Positions 47,105-60,923 of a stretch of DNA of 64,000 nt are shown one piece after another. This DNA is from Octopus sinensis (Eukaryota), in NCBI RefSeq assembly GCF_006345805.1, contig NC_043005.1:65534001-65598000 (forward strand), in the 5' to 3' direction. How positions within the stretch are numbered: position 1 is the first letter of the stretch; every line of letters starts with the position of its first letter. The position numbers were made by a program, and so were the translations under genes. The notes beneath the pieces were generated by a model. It did no database searches and was not told the origin of the DNA. It saw only the letters and a program-made list of their open reading frames with translations.

Positions 47105-50100
47105 TTTCTTAGACAATGCCGTGCTCTTGTTCATCAGCAGCTCGTCCACTGGGCCTCTTTCCAAGAATATCTCATTCAGCATTCCTGCCGCATTCTTCAT
47201 CTTGGTTTCTCTCCATATTGTCATCCTCCTGGTCCACTGTTGATCGTTGATAGATACGATTTTTCCTGATATTGCATTAGATCAATTGTCGGCCTCTTCC
47301 AGTCTTCCTCCACCTGAATTTTTTCCGTCTCATGCCTACTCAGTACAGGGTCAATGGACTGTCAGAACTCTCGGCCATCTTCAAATGCTCTCCCTTGTAA
47401 TATCAGAGTAAACTTTCCTGGACCAAAATTAGATCATCTCCGTTCCCATGTGACGCATAAAGTGCAACTTCTTCACCTCCGAGCTCCCAGGCAACACGTC
47501 GTAGCCACACCATACAGTGAATCCCCAAACACCTCCAACCAAGGCAATTTTTTTTTTACCCTGGTAAGGACAGCCACCTTATTTTTCCAGACCGCACTGG
47601 CAGAACGAGCTCTCAGGATTCCTAGGCAACGTATGACTTTCAGTTTCAGCGTATTTTTCGTTGATATTCTTTTCTGATTGGTTATCACTGACCCGTGTAC
47701 CGTAACTGAATCCGTTCGAATTATTATAGTGTGAAGTTCCCACTCAGCACCAGATTTACGCTTTTCAATAGTGTCCAGCTCAGTTACACTGTTATAGTTG
47801 CCATCATCCTTCTCCGTGAGGCATGCTGTATTTCCAACCTCAACAACCTGTTTCTTGCACGACTCCTATTGCTATTCTAATTGCGTCGCATTATAGATTT
47901 CTTTCTCTGATTTAGACACAAAGCAACTGCTTTTACTGGGTTTTATCCCCACTCTAGAGCGTCTTACATGAGAATAACTATTTTCTACTCCATTGTGCTG
48001 CTCCAGCTCACCCCTTCGGCTCGCCTCTTAATATAGCTGCAAGCTGCCCTGGGCCATCCCGCAACAGATTGAGAATAGCTCTCATCTATTCATGCACTTT
48101 CTCAGGTCTGAAATTTTATTTCCCCTTCGAAACTCAAGCCCGCCTAGTCTTTTTTTCCAGTTTGAGCCCCAACTCAGCTCCTTCTTTTATGGACTCTAAT
48201 GGTTTCACAGTTAAACTTAATTTTCCTATGATGACACACAATCTCCACTGCCGACACAACGATCTCATCCACTTGAATGTCATCTCTACTGGAACTAGTG
48301 GCCTGCTTCATCTTACCCTCTTTTTCCAAAATCATTCTGAGAAACATTGCTATGATTTTGGTGCCGAGTTCAGCCCGAATCTTAACTGCACCAGATAGTA
48401 CGTCCTATTCTTGTTCTTCGCCAGCCGATACCACAATTTTTCAGCCACATGGAGCCGCGATTGTAGACACCCTTATCATTTGCCTCAACGGTCGCAAAGT
48501 CTCCTTACGGATACCTTTATAACACGATACATGTTTAGCTCTCTAGAGTATAGCACTGACCAGACACACCGCTCTTTCCCACCTACTTCCAAGGTATCAA
48601 AACGCCCTCTTCAACTCATCTGTTCATCTCTCTCTCTCGAACTCGCTCTTCATCTCTCTTTTAGAGTATATTCGTAGCAGTCCACTTTCCAGAACCATTC
48701 TCGCCATCAAACTCATCCTGAAAGTCCTCGCCTTCAGTTCTATCTGTAACATTCCTTTCTTCGATCCCACGGCTATCTTCCGCTGCATGCGAACGGCACG
48801 TGCCCCATTGTCCACCAAACTCTACTCCAGCCTTTCCGACTGCGATGCCACTCAACCAACCGACCACATCCATCCTCACTACTACATCAACGCCATCCAC
48901 AACCTTATCGACAATTACCTATGCCCTCATTGCACCACCATCTCCACAACACTGACGCCTCCACATCTAACCTCCCTCTAGCTATGCTGGGTATTCCACT
49001 CCAGCTTTCAACTATCATCGGGGTCTCTAGGATGTTCTATAACCTGTATCTACGAAGGTTCTCACTTCTCTTTCCACACTAAAAAACCTTATTACAGACA
49101 GCAAATGGAAGAGTACCTCCACTTGGTTAACAGGGTACAGAGCAGTTGCTGATGCAGCAGACCTCCTTCCGTTTACTTAATAGCAATAGATTGCCAGATG
49201 AATAGCCTGGTCACACTGGTAGCAAACAACATCGCTTTGTAACCTTTTACAGTTTCAGGACCTCGATATTTGAAACACTGTCCCTTGAATGTCTGTATCA
49301 GTTCCCTCCCTGTTCTCCGGTATTTGCTTCTTGCCACTTCTCTCTGCTGGGCCCCGTCGACGCCATTGTCGCAATATTTAGTTCTGCATTCATACTCTTG
49401 ATCTGGCAACTAAGTCTGCTATCTTCAAGATGTTTCCATTTAATGCAGCTACATTGAGATGTGGTGGGGAAAAAACCAGTCACAAGCTCCAGATTCACGA
49501 CTCTTTCCATAGTTTCGTCGATCAACCATGCTGGAGCGGTCAGTCTCTTCACCTCGCTCACATAGTTGTTCACCTGTCCTCCCATCCATCTCATTCTCCT
49601 TAGCTTGCTGCATGCCTTGAATACACTATTCTCAAACTTTAATTGATCGGACCAGTCCATCTCCAGATACAAATTCAGCGCGCTTCCTTATAGGTATAGT
49701 GGCATGAGACCCACGAAATACTGTATTCCCTGTAACTTAGCGACATACCTTACTTTTTTTTAAATTCAGGTTATGACATCACCTTCACAGAAAAAGGATC
49801 TAAGAACATCGCTGCCAATCCTTATATTCGTTGCCATGTCGAACATTGATGAAAGAAGAAAAAGGTGCCGAAATAGCTTCTGATATAAAGTACAAAAATT
49901 CTCTCTGGGAACGACTTCGAAAGGAATTCCCCATTAGCAAGAGTACGCAGAGACTCATTGGACACCCGTTCTAGCTGACCTTCTCGGTCCAAAAGGAACC
50001 CAACCAATCTCTCTTTTCCTCCTCCTTTGGCATCACTTACCCCTATCTTTCCTGTCAGATTCCTCGACCTCTTCTTTCCACTCGCCTGACATCTCTGACG

Positions 50101-50133
50101 CATGACCCCTATGCCACACTATCATTTGTAACT
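47105..50133 (-). mobile_element. decayed Ty3/Gypsy LTR retrotransposon (candidate 5' LTR, gag, PR, RT, RNase H, partial integrase)
   Basis: Domain order PR-RT-RH-IN: LVDNG (PR), RTDSVTVHG and KVAVLTRVKK (RH), DWKRPTID and IFLERGPVDELLM..STA (IN). Candidate LTR 49837-50133 ends ...GACA and is followed by TGGCAACGA (PBS-like). No 3' LTR seen. Confidence 0.7.
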
Positions 50134-50256
50134 AATGGAATATGATTAATACTATGATGACCAATGACAATCAAGTGTTGTGAAATTGCTTCTTGATGAT
50201 TTTTCAAACGCAAGTGTGTAGAACTGTGACAGTCACAGGTAAGATTTTAGTTTAGA

Positions 50257-50301
50257 CTAGCAGTGATACCCGGTATTGCTCGGGATTAAAATGACATAAT
50301 T

Positions 50302-50338
<37 letters not shown>

Positions 50339-51545
50339 CAGTTGAAACGTGATACGGGAAAGTACAGCATTGACAAAACATTTGTGGAGTAAATGATGGG
50401 CTAATTCGACTAAGTGACATGTCATGTGTCCGTTTGGAGGATTCCGGGCCCTAACCTCTCGTGGAAAGTTGGGAAGGGGGTATGTGATTTTTGAACGCAC
50501 TGAAAAGCTGTCAGTGAATATACTCTCCTTTGCGACGCTCGGCGCTGCGGGTAACACAACCCATTGTACGGTTGACAGTCGAATGAATGGAGGTGTAATG
50601 GAGATATTATACGCAAATGGGTACATTTCTGAAATGGGCTGCAATGGGAGACGGCAACAGGGAAGTGAAACGTTGAAATGTTGCAGAAGACGAAGGGTTG
50701 ACATTGGATTGCTGGTGTGGCTTTAGAATAAGAAACATAAACTGCGCTTATGCAGTAACATAAGAATATGTAGTAATGAATTACTTGAAAAAATAATGCA
50801 TAATGGCTTAGTGCGTTGTTAGTGGGAGTAATTGGAGAATATGCTTTGATACTGAAGTCCATTCAGGAAACTAAGTTGTTGGAGCAGTCTTCGGGTTTGC
50901 TGGTATTATGCCGAAATGGTATCCATCTTGACCATTTACAAAGCGCAGTGGATACTGGACGCATCGTAGGATGTAGTAATTCCTATAAAACCTCTTGGCA
51001 AACAATATTCTTTGTTTTCTCTTGTGGAACAAATGCATATATATGTTTTTTGCTTCCCACTCTAGAGCAACGAATATATAACTGCCGGTGTGAGAAGCAC
51101 GACTCTTCCAAGTGAAGTCCTACCACAGACAGTGTTTGACCCTGGTATTTATTGATAGACATTGCCGAGCTGAAACGAATAGAAAATTGCACTCTTCTGA
51201 ATGAAAAAGAAATTTCTGCCCCTGATGGAATGAGAGGAATCCTGGGTGTAAAAACATCCTCTCCTTTTCAACATCTAGAGAGAATGGTGGCTTCAGTAAC
51301 ATGTAGCACCATCTTCTTTACCACCAGGCATGTCCCATTGCGGAGTGTTGAGGGATCCAAATTCCTCAATTACTGGAGTTCCCACTTTAAGCTCCAACCT
51401 ATTGGGAGGTAGTCCCGGAGGCTCCAATAACCTGCGAAATTCTGTTGGATAATTTACCACCTCTTCTGGATCTGGGACTGTGCCAACTGACTTATAGATG
51501 TGAGGACTTCCAGGAAGGTACTACAGCAGCTGGTCATTAATTTTA
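50257..51545 (-). mobile_element. Helitron 3' portion with decayed PIF1-like helicase
   Basis: PGLPPNRLELKVG, FTPRIPLIPSG, QFSIRFSSAMSINKYQGQTL, CFSHRQLY..CSRVG; 3' end CCCGAGCAATACCGGG...CTAG|T at 50257. Confidence 0.88.
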
Positions 51546-54500
51546 CTTACAGTGCTGTTTTTTTTTTTTTTTTGGAACCAGTATTGCTCTTTCACACAGC
51601 CAATTGAGATTGTGATAATTTTTGGACTAATGGAGGATCTCCTCTTTGGAGACATTATGTCAAGAAATGTGATTTTGACAATTGTACGTTAATAAGGAAA
51701 TGTCATTAAAAAAAAGTAAATGTCCTAACGATGTATTTGACTTACCTCCACCCGTAAAACTGCTGGACTTGTGCCAAAGTTTGAAGCCATCATATGTACA
51801 AAGTCTAAAGCAGAGAGCTGACAGAATCGTTAGCATGCCAGACAAAATGTTTAGCGGCTTTTCATCTGTCTTTACGTTCTGAATTCAAATTCCGCTGAGC
51901 TCCCCTTTGTCTTTCACCTTAATATAAAGTACCAGTAAAGTACTGATATCGATGTAATCGACTAACCTCTCCCCCAAATTTCAGGCCTTTTTCCTATATT
52001 AGAAATTATTTACACAAAATCAAACCTTGCTTGATATTAACCATCACGTTCCATTATGCTTTCATAATCATATACAATTTTGCTTGTATTTCATCAAACA
52101 TTTTTTTTTCTATAAAGAAGAAAAAAAACTTTTATATTTTACTTTTATCTTAAATGCTTAAATGATAAATTTTGAGAGAAGACCACCACCACTTTCTCGG
52201 TGTGGGGTGGGAGTTAGGCTCGAAAGCAGGCTCGTTCAACCTGGCAAAATTTCTCTCGGAAGCCAACGTGTTGGTACTGACCGTATGCGTTGTACACAGT
52301 TCAGGATTGCAGAAGAGTCACCTCTACCTCGGCAACGACCGAGGTCTATGACTTCAGAGTAAGATAAATCGCATCAATATTGGATGATAGAAAAACTACT
52401 GGTGGTTTGTGTGTTTCGAATAGTTGTACTACAATTCTCCTCAATTACTGATTGTCTTTAAATGGTGATCAAAGAGAACCAAGACATTCTATCAACGCCC
52501 ATTGTTGAAAGAGGTTAGTTTTATGTGCTTCAGTCGATAAAGAGGTAGTTCCGAAATTGTGCCGCTTGTTGGTTGGGTTACGAAATGTACAATGTTGTTA
52601 ATCTTGGATCATCAGAAGAGATGTCATTAGCGACCACAAATGTAAGTTCAATACTGAAGGCCAATTCCTCGACATTTCATTTTTTTCTTGCTACTATTGC
52701 TCATGGTCTCTATGCACATGTTTCTAAATGAGAAAATCTCTTGTCCTATTTCACTTCGACTGTAAATACTCTTGATTTGATAAAAATTTCTAATTTAAGA
52801 TTACTTGCATTGTGAAAAGGATTTGGATATAAAGCACTAAATTTGGAAGCTCAAATTCAAAATAACTTAAACTTAGGACACTAGGTACGATGCAAAAATG
52901 AATTTCTTTCGTGTATCAAATCAGTTATCACGCAAATCTTGTATTTCATATCAATATCACATTTTCGAATCAGTTTACTTGATTCATAATCAATTCGCAT
53001 GAATCAAATGAGAAACCATCACTAGTCCTAGAATACTTTTCTGTAAAAATACAAATAAATTGAAAGCCCCGGTGAGCGTTTTTCTTAAGATCAACAGAGA
53101 ATCCATATGTACTGAGTGTTTCCAGTTTACTATTTTTCCTAGCGAGCTGCTTAGGAGTAGTTTATCTCATCATCCAGAAAACTCTGTGGAGCAACTACAA
53201 GCGATGCTGAATTATATAAATTTTCCTCTACTTCATCTAGTATCACAAAGTTTCTTTAAAGCCAATACCGAATATCTGCTATGATTATGTTGTTTTCTTT
53301 TAGTGCTGAAGAATTAGGTACAGAATTGGACAGAATCTGAACTAATAAAAAAGTTTTCAGATCATTTTTGTATGTCCGCACCAAAATATATTGCACTCAG
53401 TAATAAATGTGTTCCAATAAACATCTTAATGGATTAAAAAGTCTTTTGTTTCTCTTCATTTGTATGTGAAGTATCTAAATTTTGATCCTGGTGATGACCA
53501 ATCCTTGATCCCCCAATTTGAGAATCGTATCTATATTACAGCTTAGAACTATCCTGTTTTTCTCTAACTCTTTCTTTCTGTTAGAACAAAGCTATCCCAG
53601 ACAGCTCTGTTGTTGAACAAACAAAATTTGTTATGGAAAATATCTTCCTATACTTTTATTCTTTTTTTACAAATTTCACATTGTTTTGTTTTTCAGTTTT
53701 GTGTGTAACTTTAACAAAAGTCTTGTAACAAAATTTTGGTCACTCCGACCATCCAATTGATTTCCATAAAAGCCAGTGAGAAAAACAAAGCGTAGACTTT
53801 ACTCCTGGTGAGTAAATTAACCAGTTCTTATATTTCCAGGACCACTTTGCATTGTGTCATTTTAGCAAGTTGCACTGTAACAACACCCAGCTCAATCTTC
53901 TGAAAAATTGCCATATACTTACCGAAAGAAAAATAGACATTAAGTTTCTAATATGGCGATTTTGAATCTCGATTTGCAACTTCTGATGTTTCCTTTCTAC
54001 CAGATAGTCTTTTTCTAACTGATGTCTCCATGACATTCATTTTATGAAAAAAAGATAAATATCTCTAATACTTTTTTTAAGTAACCATACACAATAAGCA
54101 TCACATAACCTCGTAATAAACCGAATAAGCAACTTGACCTTGCATAAGCTGGCAGAATCGTTAGCTCGCCGGGTGAAATGCTTAGCGGTATTTCGTCTGC
54201 TGCTACGTTCTGAGTTCAAATTACGCCGAGGTCAACTTTGCCTTTCATCCTTTCGGGATCGATTAAATAAGTACCAGTTACGCACTGGAGTCGATATAAT
54301 CGACTTAATCTGTTTGTCTGTCCTTGTTTGTCCTCTCTGTGTGTAGCCCCTTGTAGGCAGTAAAGAAATAGGTATTTCGTCTGCAGCTAAGTTCTGAGTT
54401 CAAATTCCACCGAGGTTGACTTTGCCTTTCATCCTTACGAAGTCGATAAATTAAGTACCAGTAAAACACTGGAGTCGATGTAATCGATTAGTCCCCTCGC

Positions 54501-57352
54501 ACCAAATTTCAGGTCTTATGCCTATAGTAGAAAGGATTATATAATGGACAGTATCCTAGTAATTGGCTGCCATAACTTTTATGCAAGTTTTGTGAGGTGG
54601 TTTCTTTGTACAATAAATACATGAAGCAATTGTAGGTTTACTTGTTCAGGCGTAACTGCGTGGTAAGAAGTTTGCTTCTCAACAACATAGCTCTGGGTTC
54701 AGTCCCACTGAATGGAATCTTAGGTAAGTGTCTTCCACTACAACTCCGACCCGACTAAAGCTTTGTGAGTGGAGTTAGTAGATGGAAATCGAAAGAAGCC
54801 CAGCATTCATTTATATATATATATATATATAAAATATAAATCAGAGATAAAACCACTATTATGCAACTCAAACAGTGATAGACATAAACCAAAACATAAA
54901 TAACAAATAATATATATTTTTATAAAACATATGACTTATAACTAGATCTCAAAAAGTATAAAAATGAATGATTAATATATAATAAGTAAAAAAAACTAAG
55001 TACGTTTCATGGCTACAATCAAATTCGAATTACAATTAAGTTTAAATTCAATTGAAATAAATTTGATTTAAAATTGTAGTCAATCTTCAGGTTAATTTTA
55101 ATAGTTAAATAAATAAGCAAATAGAGTTAAACAATATTTATTTAAAAAACAAATAAAATAATATTTTTTTCTTATAAAAAAAACTCCATTAACTAAATTA
55201 AAAACTTAAAGCATTCGGATTATTTCCTACAACACATTTATTATGTTAAATATTTAATTTTTAAGGTAAGAAAATAGATAGAAATATGTATTTATCTTTG
55301 AAGATATAATTTGGCTTTAAAAAACATAATAAACTATCGAATATCTTTAATTCAGTTATACTCCAATATCTAATTACCAAATTATTTAACAAAATAATCA
55401 CTATTAATATTTTTAGATTTAAGTTCACATCTAATAATTATAAAATAATAAATACATAAAACTAAGTATCTAAATTATAATCAACAAATATAGTAATTAA
55501 AAATCTAAAATTTTCTCTATCAATAAATATATAAACATATAACCAAAAATAAATAAATTAGCCTATTATTACTTACATAAATATTATAAATATCTATAGA
55601 ATCTATTTATGAAATACAATTAAAAAATTAAGAATCAAATTAAAAACGTATAACCTATCTTTAAAAAATCGTATTACTACTTTACGATCTATATACCACA
55701 GTGACTAACTATTATCTTAAAATTTACATTCAGTTATAATAATTTTATACTAATAATAATTAAATAAATGTACACATCTAAATTATCATTAACAACTCAA
55801 ATAATTATAAATTCAAATTTAACAATCAATAGTTTACTTAACTCTTGAAAATTAACTAAAATTTCAAAACGGAAGACGTCTTTTCAAGCGTTTATAAGAA
55901 AACTCGTGGAATTATTTTATTAACAGAAATAGAACAAGCAGATGGAAAAATTCCTTTAACAATGAAAACTACGAATATATTTTATAAATGAAAACGAATT
56001 TTTTTTATCAATGAAAACTACGACTATATTTTAGCTTTAATAGATAAAGAGAACAAAGTCACTAATAGAGAATATAATCACTATAATCAGCTATTTTTCA
56101 GTGACTGAAACATATGTTTTCACTCTGTAAAGAAATAAGACATAATACTTATGAAGAGAGTTGCCAATTATGCCTGATTCCAGACATTGAATCATTTTTT
56201 ATTCCTGTATACCTGTACAATCAATTGAACATTCAAAATTGTCCGATTTATGCCCATATGAATTTAGATTGGTATTCTCCAAACCAAAAGTTCTCTATAC
56301 AAACTATCTTCAGAAAACTATAGTCCAGGTTCATTAATTATATTTGATTATTAATTTTGGGGATGGGGAGTCTGTAGAAAGTTAGAAAATGCTAGACAAT
56401 CGAATCACAATATAACCTATATCTTTCTTACAGAAGCAAATGTGATTCAAAATAGCCAGAATACTCTGGAATAGGACCATCAATGCTTCAGTCACCACTG
56501 CCTTAAAAAGTGAACTATAATTGATGAATTAAATTTTCATTTTAGTTTTTTTAATTTTTCAAGATATTTCGATTTGTTCAAGAAAAATGGAGATTTTGTG
56601 AACGAGTTTTCGATTATGACCGAAGAATAAAATTAGACTTACAATATTGTGCACATGTGAAATTCTAGCTATAGAAAATGTTAAACCTAATTAAAACACA
56701 ATTCACTGAGCACCAATAGGCAGGACTTTTTGTAAAAAGAATTTTTTAAAATATTTTTAGACGTTGTGCATGTGTGTTCGGCATACGATACGCTCAAATG
56801 TAAATAATTATAACTGCTATTAATATAGCAGTAATATAAAATATACGATAAACGTCTCCCTTTTCAAGCCTAGCCAGGCTCATGGGCCCGGTTTCCCGGT
56901 TTCTGTGGCGTATGTCCCCCCCCCCCAGCTGGACGGGACGCCAGTCCATCGCAGCGTTACTCAAGAAACGGGAAGAGAGAGTGAGGGAAAGAGTATAACA
57001 GGGGTCGCCACCACCCTCTGCGGGAGCCTTGTGAAGCTTTTTAGGTGTTTTCGCTCAATAAACACACACAACGCCCGGTCTGGGAATCGAAACCGCGAGT
57101 CCGCTGCCCTAACTACTGGGCCATTGCACCTCCACAATATAAAATATGGCTACTATTAATATAGAGAAAGGTATTTGGAATATAAATATTTTGTATATTT
57201 TCGTATTTAAACTAATCTAATCTTACATAACTTAATCTATCGTTATGGTAGGTTGTGTTTGGTAAAATTCAATTATTTTAATTATGAAAATATGCAAAAT
57301 TTGCCGTCTCGATAATGTTTCTCAGTAGCGTTTTATTTTATTTTATTTTATA

Positions 57353-57750
57353 CTAGCAGTATCGCCCGGCGTTGCTCGGGTTTGTAAGGGAAATAACTAT
57401 ATAAGCATTTTTAGTGAGTTATAGCAAAAAAATAGCAAAAAATGCATTAAAAATGGAATAAAAAATGATGGCAATTTTTTTTTAAATCGTTGACTCATCG
57501 TAGACATTTTTAGAGAGTTACTTCCCTTATATAATAGCGAAAAATGCATTAAAATGGAATAAAAAGTTATGGTAAATTTTTTTTTAAATCGTAGACTCAT
57601 CGTAGACGCGCGCTAATACCCAGAAGGGCTCGATATGAATCACGACTATAAGATACCCGGTTTTGGTTACCCTGCACCGCAAAATGTGGGAGTAGTTAGG
57701 AATCTAAATCGTAGGAGACAGACACACAACCTTACTTTTATATATAAAGA
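57353..57750 (-). mobile_element. non-autonomous Helitron, second copy
   Basis: Reverse complement of 34213-34611 with few differences; A|TC...CTAG|T. Confidence 0.88.
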
Positions 57751-58255
57751 TTTGTGCAACAACTAAAACATTCGGTTGTGCAAATTGTTTGCACAGGAAA
57801 CCTGCCCTGTGTGGGGGTAATTGCCGTTTTTGTGGATCTGTTTCAGCTTTTTTAGCGATTCCTGTTTTGGCGACTTCAAGCCATGAAGTCGTTGTTCTAA
57901 AAGAACGCTGGTCTCCTTGACAACGCATTACGACGTTGATTTCCTTACACTCCCTTCCCCACAGCTTCACGAGGGAGGGAAGAAGGGGGAGAAGCAACAC
58001 AGGTGCAGCTGTGAGCGTGGGCGCCAACTCCGCCGCCATCGACACACGAAAAATTATGCATTAAAATGGAATAAAAAATTATTTTTAAAATCGTAGACTC
58101 ATCGTAGACGCGCGCTAATACCCAGACGGGCTTGATATGCATCACGACTATAAGATACCGAATTTGGTTAAACTGCACCGCAAAATGTGGGAGTAGTTAG
58201 GAATCTAAATCGAAGGGGACAGACACTCACACAACTACAGTTTTATATATATAGA
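57751..58255 (-). mobile_element. upstream Helitron 5' half of a related subfamily, abutting the 57353-57750 copy
   Basis: A|TCTATATATATAAAACTGTAGTTGTG 5' end at 58255; about 200 bp homologous to the family, then a GC-richer unique segment; no own CTAG end seen. Confidence 0.7.
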
Positions 58256-58256
58256 T

Positions 58257-58258
<2 letters not shown>

Positions 58259-58303
<45 letters not shown>

Positions 58304-58338
58304 GCTGCTGCTGCTGCTGCTACTACTACTACTACTAC

Positions 58339-58400
<62 letters not shown>
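58259..58400. repeat. compound (ATT)n-(GCT)n-(ACT)n-(ATT)n microsatellite
   Basis: Direct inspection. Confidence 0.95.
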
Positions 58401-58401
<1 letters not shown>

Positions 58402-58829
58402 AGCGGCGATCTCGCAGAATTGTTAGCACACCGGACGAAAGCTACGTTCTGATTTCAAATTCCACCGAGGTCGACTTTGCCTTTCATTCTTTTGGGGTCG
58501 ATAAATTAAGTACCAGTGAAACACTGAGGCCGATGTAATCGACTACTCTCCCCACAAAAAATTTCAGGCCTTGTGTCTACAGCAGAAAGGATTATTTTTA
58601 ATAATATATCATCATCATTATTATGATTTTGTTTGTTCGTCTACAGACACGTATTGTACATCGCTCTCGGAAATTTGTTATTATTTCTATTGTTACTCAA
58701 AGATATTGACAATTTGTTATGGCTTTATAGATAAAGTAATCAATACGTTAAGGAGCTTATTGGTTTTGTCCATTTGTTGCTTTTAGGGACAAAACTGAGC
58801 TTTATTTAGCAAACACACCGCTCAATTTT

Positions 58830-59375
58830 TGTTAAACGCAGGAAGATGCTATTTATTAATTTAAGAATTTTTGTAAGATCCTCCTTACTTCGGTTCCAAA
58901 ATATAAAGCAGTCATCTAAGAATATTTTCCAGTTTCCTATAAAGTAAGTTTGGAAGTGGTGGTCAAAAGTAGTTCTGGATAGGGGGTAGAATTTTTCTTC
59001 TAGGCATCCCATTACTAGTGTAACGTATGTTGGCGCGACTTTCGTCCCCATTGAAGTGCCTTGTATTTGTAGATAATATTGTTTTCCGGTACTATCTGTA
59101 AGCATTCAAGTATAAATTCTTTTGAGAATCTCTCCTGAATTCTTTGTGAATGTTTGTTTATCCATAATCCTACTTCTTCTAGTCCACATATATATGGGGA
59201 ATGTTTGTGTAGAGACTAGTTACGTCAAAGCTAACTAGTACTATCTCTTTGTCTACTTGTTCTGGGATATGCTTTAAGAAGTCCATGTCGTCTCTGATGA
59301 AACTGAGAACTAATTTGCATAAAGGTTTTCAAATTATGTCAAGCAAGTTGCTTAATCTTAGGGAGTTAGATGCTG
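58830..59375 (-). mobile_element. Penelope-like element reverse transcriptase fragment
   Basis: [32 protein letters not shown] and WKIFLDDCFIFW are PLE-type RT motifs; interrupted 5' by an (AT)n tract. Confidence 0.8.
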
Positions 59376-59413
59376 CATGTATATATAATATACATACATA
59401 CACACACACACAC

Positions 59414-59509
<96 letters not shown>

Positions 59510-59659
59510 TATATATACATATATATATACATATACATATATATATATACATATATATATATTAGAATGCTTGGAAATGATGTACAGGTATTATATATTA
59601 GAAGAAATAAGGTACTCAGAAATATATATATATATATATAATATATATATATATACACA

Positions 59660-60227
59660 CAGAGTGTGGTGAATATACTGTCGTCTAAATCACGCAAAAA
59701 TGAAAATAACACTGACATCTCATTTTAACGGATATATTTACCAAAACTACATAAAAATATCTTGCTTGTGTTGCATGGTGCAGAGTCCTGTTCCAGCAGC
59801 CACTCTCTTGACCAAGAATAGCACTACCTCCTCCAGGCATTTGTTGTAGGCCTCCGTGTTGAGTGCGAGACTGTGTAGGAAGATGAAGGGGGGGGGCAGA
59901 ACATCGCCATCACTAGCGATCACTCCAAACACCATGATGTTAAGTGGATGTTTGATTTTTATCACTCGCGTTACATGTCCTGAGATTACACTGTCCTCAG
60001 ATTGACACACAAACACTCTAAAATGTTCGTATTAAAGCTTCTGGCGCGAATACCAAGTAGTACAGCATGTTGTTTCCAAATTTCTGGGTAAGTGAATTGC
60101 ATCATGGTGCCGTTTTTCTCACAGACGGTGTCCAACTGACCCTACTATACTGTGTAGTCGACAAAATCAAAAATAAACAATACGCAAAATTAAAAACATA
60201 AAATGACGACAATTTTCCCATCGCACC

Positions 60228-60230
<3 letters not shown>
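59660..60230 (-). mobile_element. internally deleted maT/Tc1-like transposon
   Basis: KHPLNIMVFGVIASDG...LNTEAYNKCLEEVV; TIR-like CAGGGTGCGATG..TTGTCGTC / CAGAGTGTGGTG..CTGTCGTC flanked by TA/CA repeats. Confidence 0.7.
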
Positions 60231-60304
<74 letters not shown>

Positions 60305-60923
60305 TACACTCTCATATATATGCACCCTAATTTTGAGGGTGAAATTTAAGGGAAAATTTATTTAAATTTAAGCAAATAGCTGGTTCTTTTGGGAAAAAAA
60401 ACTCGTATATTTATACCATATAGGTATTTCGAATACACTACTTCTGTACAGACAATAAAAAGTTATCAGAGTCAACAGAGAGGAATTCCAAAGAGATGAA
60501 ATCTCCGAACGGTTTTAATGCACAAGTCTCCGATATCCAAGTGGCTAAAAAACGTCAGCAGAAGGACACCCAGGAATCATAACCTGGGTGCGGCCAGGCC
60601 TCCTCCGAGTGTAAGAAGTTAAGAGCCGAAACACTTGCCTGGACGGGTTTCTTCCCTGGTGACTTTTTGCTGTTCGGCTCTCTTGAGAGTTTATTACCAC
60701 ACAAATAAGAAAATATCAAAATATCAAAATAAGAATCACTTAAATAGGAAATAATAAATATACAGTATAGAAGCCATCTTATCATGGCTAACCACATTGG
60801 GGAGGGGGTGTTACTGTAGCTTTATAGCCCCAAGAGATCTTCGTCTCAAGCTGGCTTTAGACACAATATCTGTGTCCTTGGAGCATTTGCAAAGGGGAGG
60901 CCATCCCTTCCTCGCAAGCCTGA

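Noticed and set aside
52190-53290. Exon-like plus-strand islands with plausible gtaag donors and ag acceptors
   Set aside because: No consistent frame or recognisable protein could be assembled; may be lncRNA or decayed TE, but unsupported
53920-54040. Short minus-strand ORF ending at a gtaagt donor
   Set aside because: No downstream exon or homology identified
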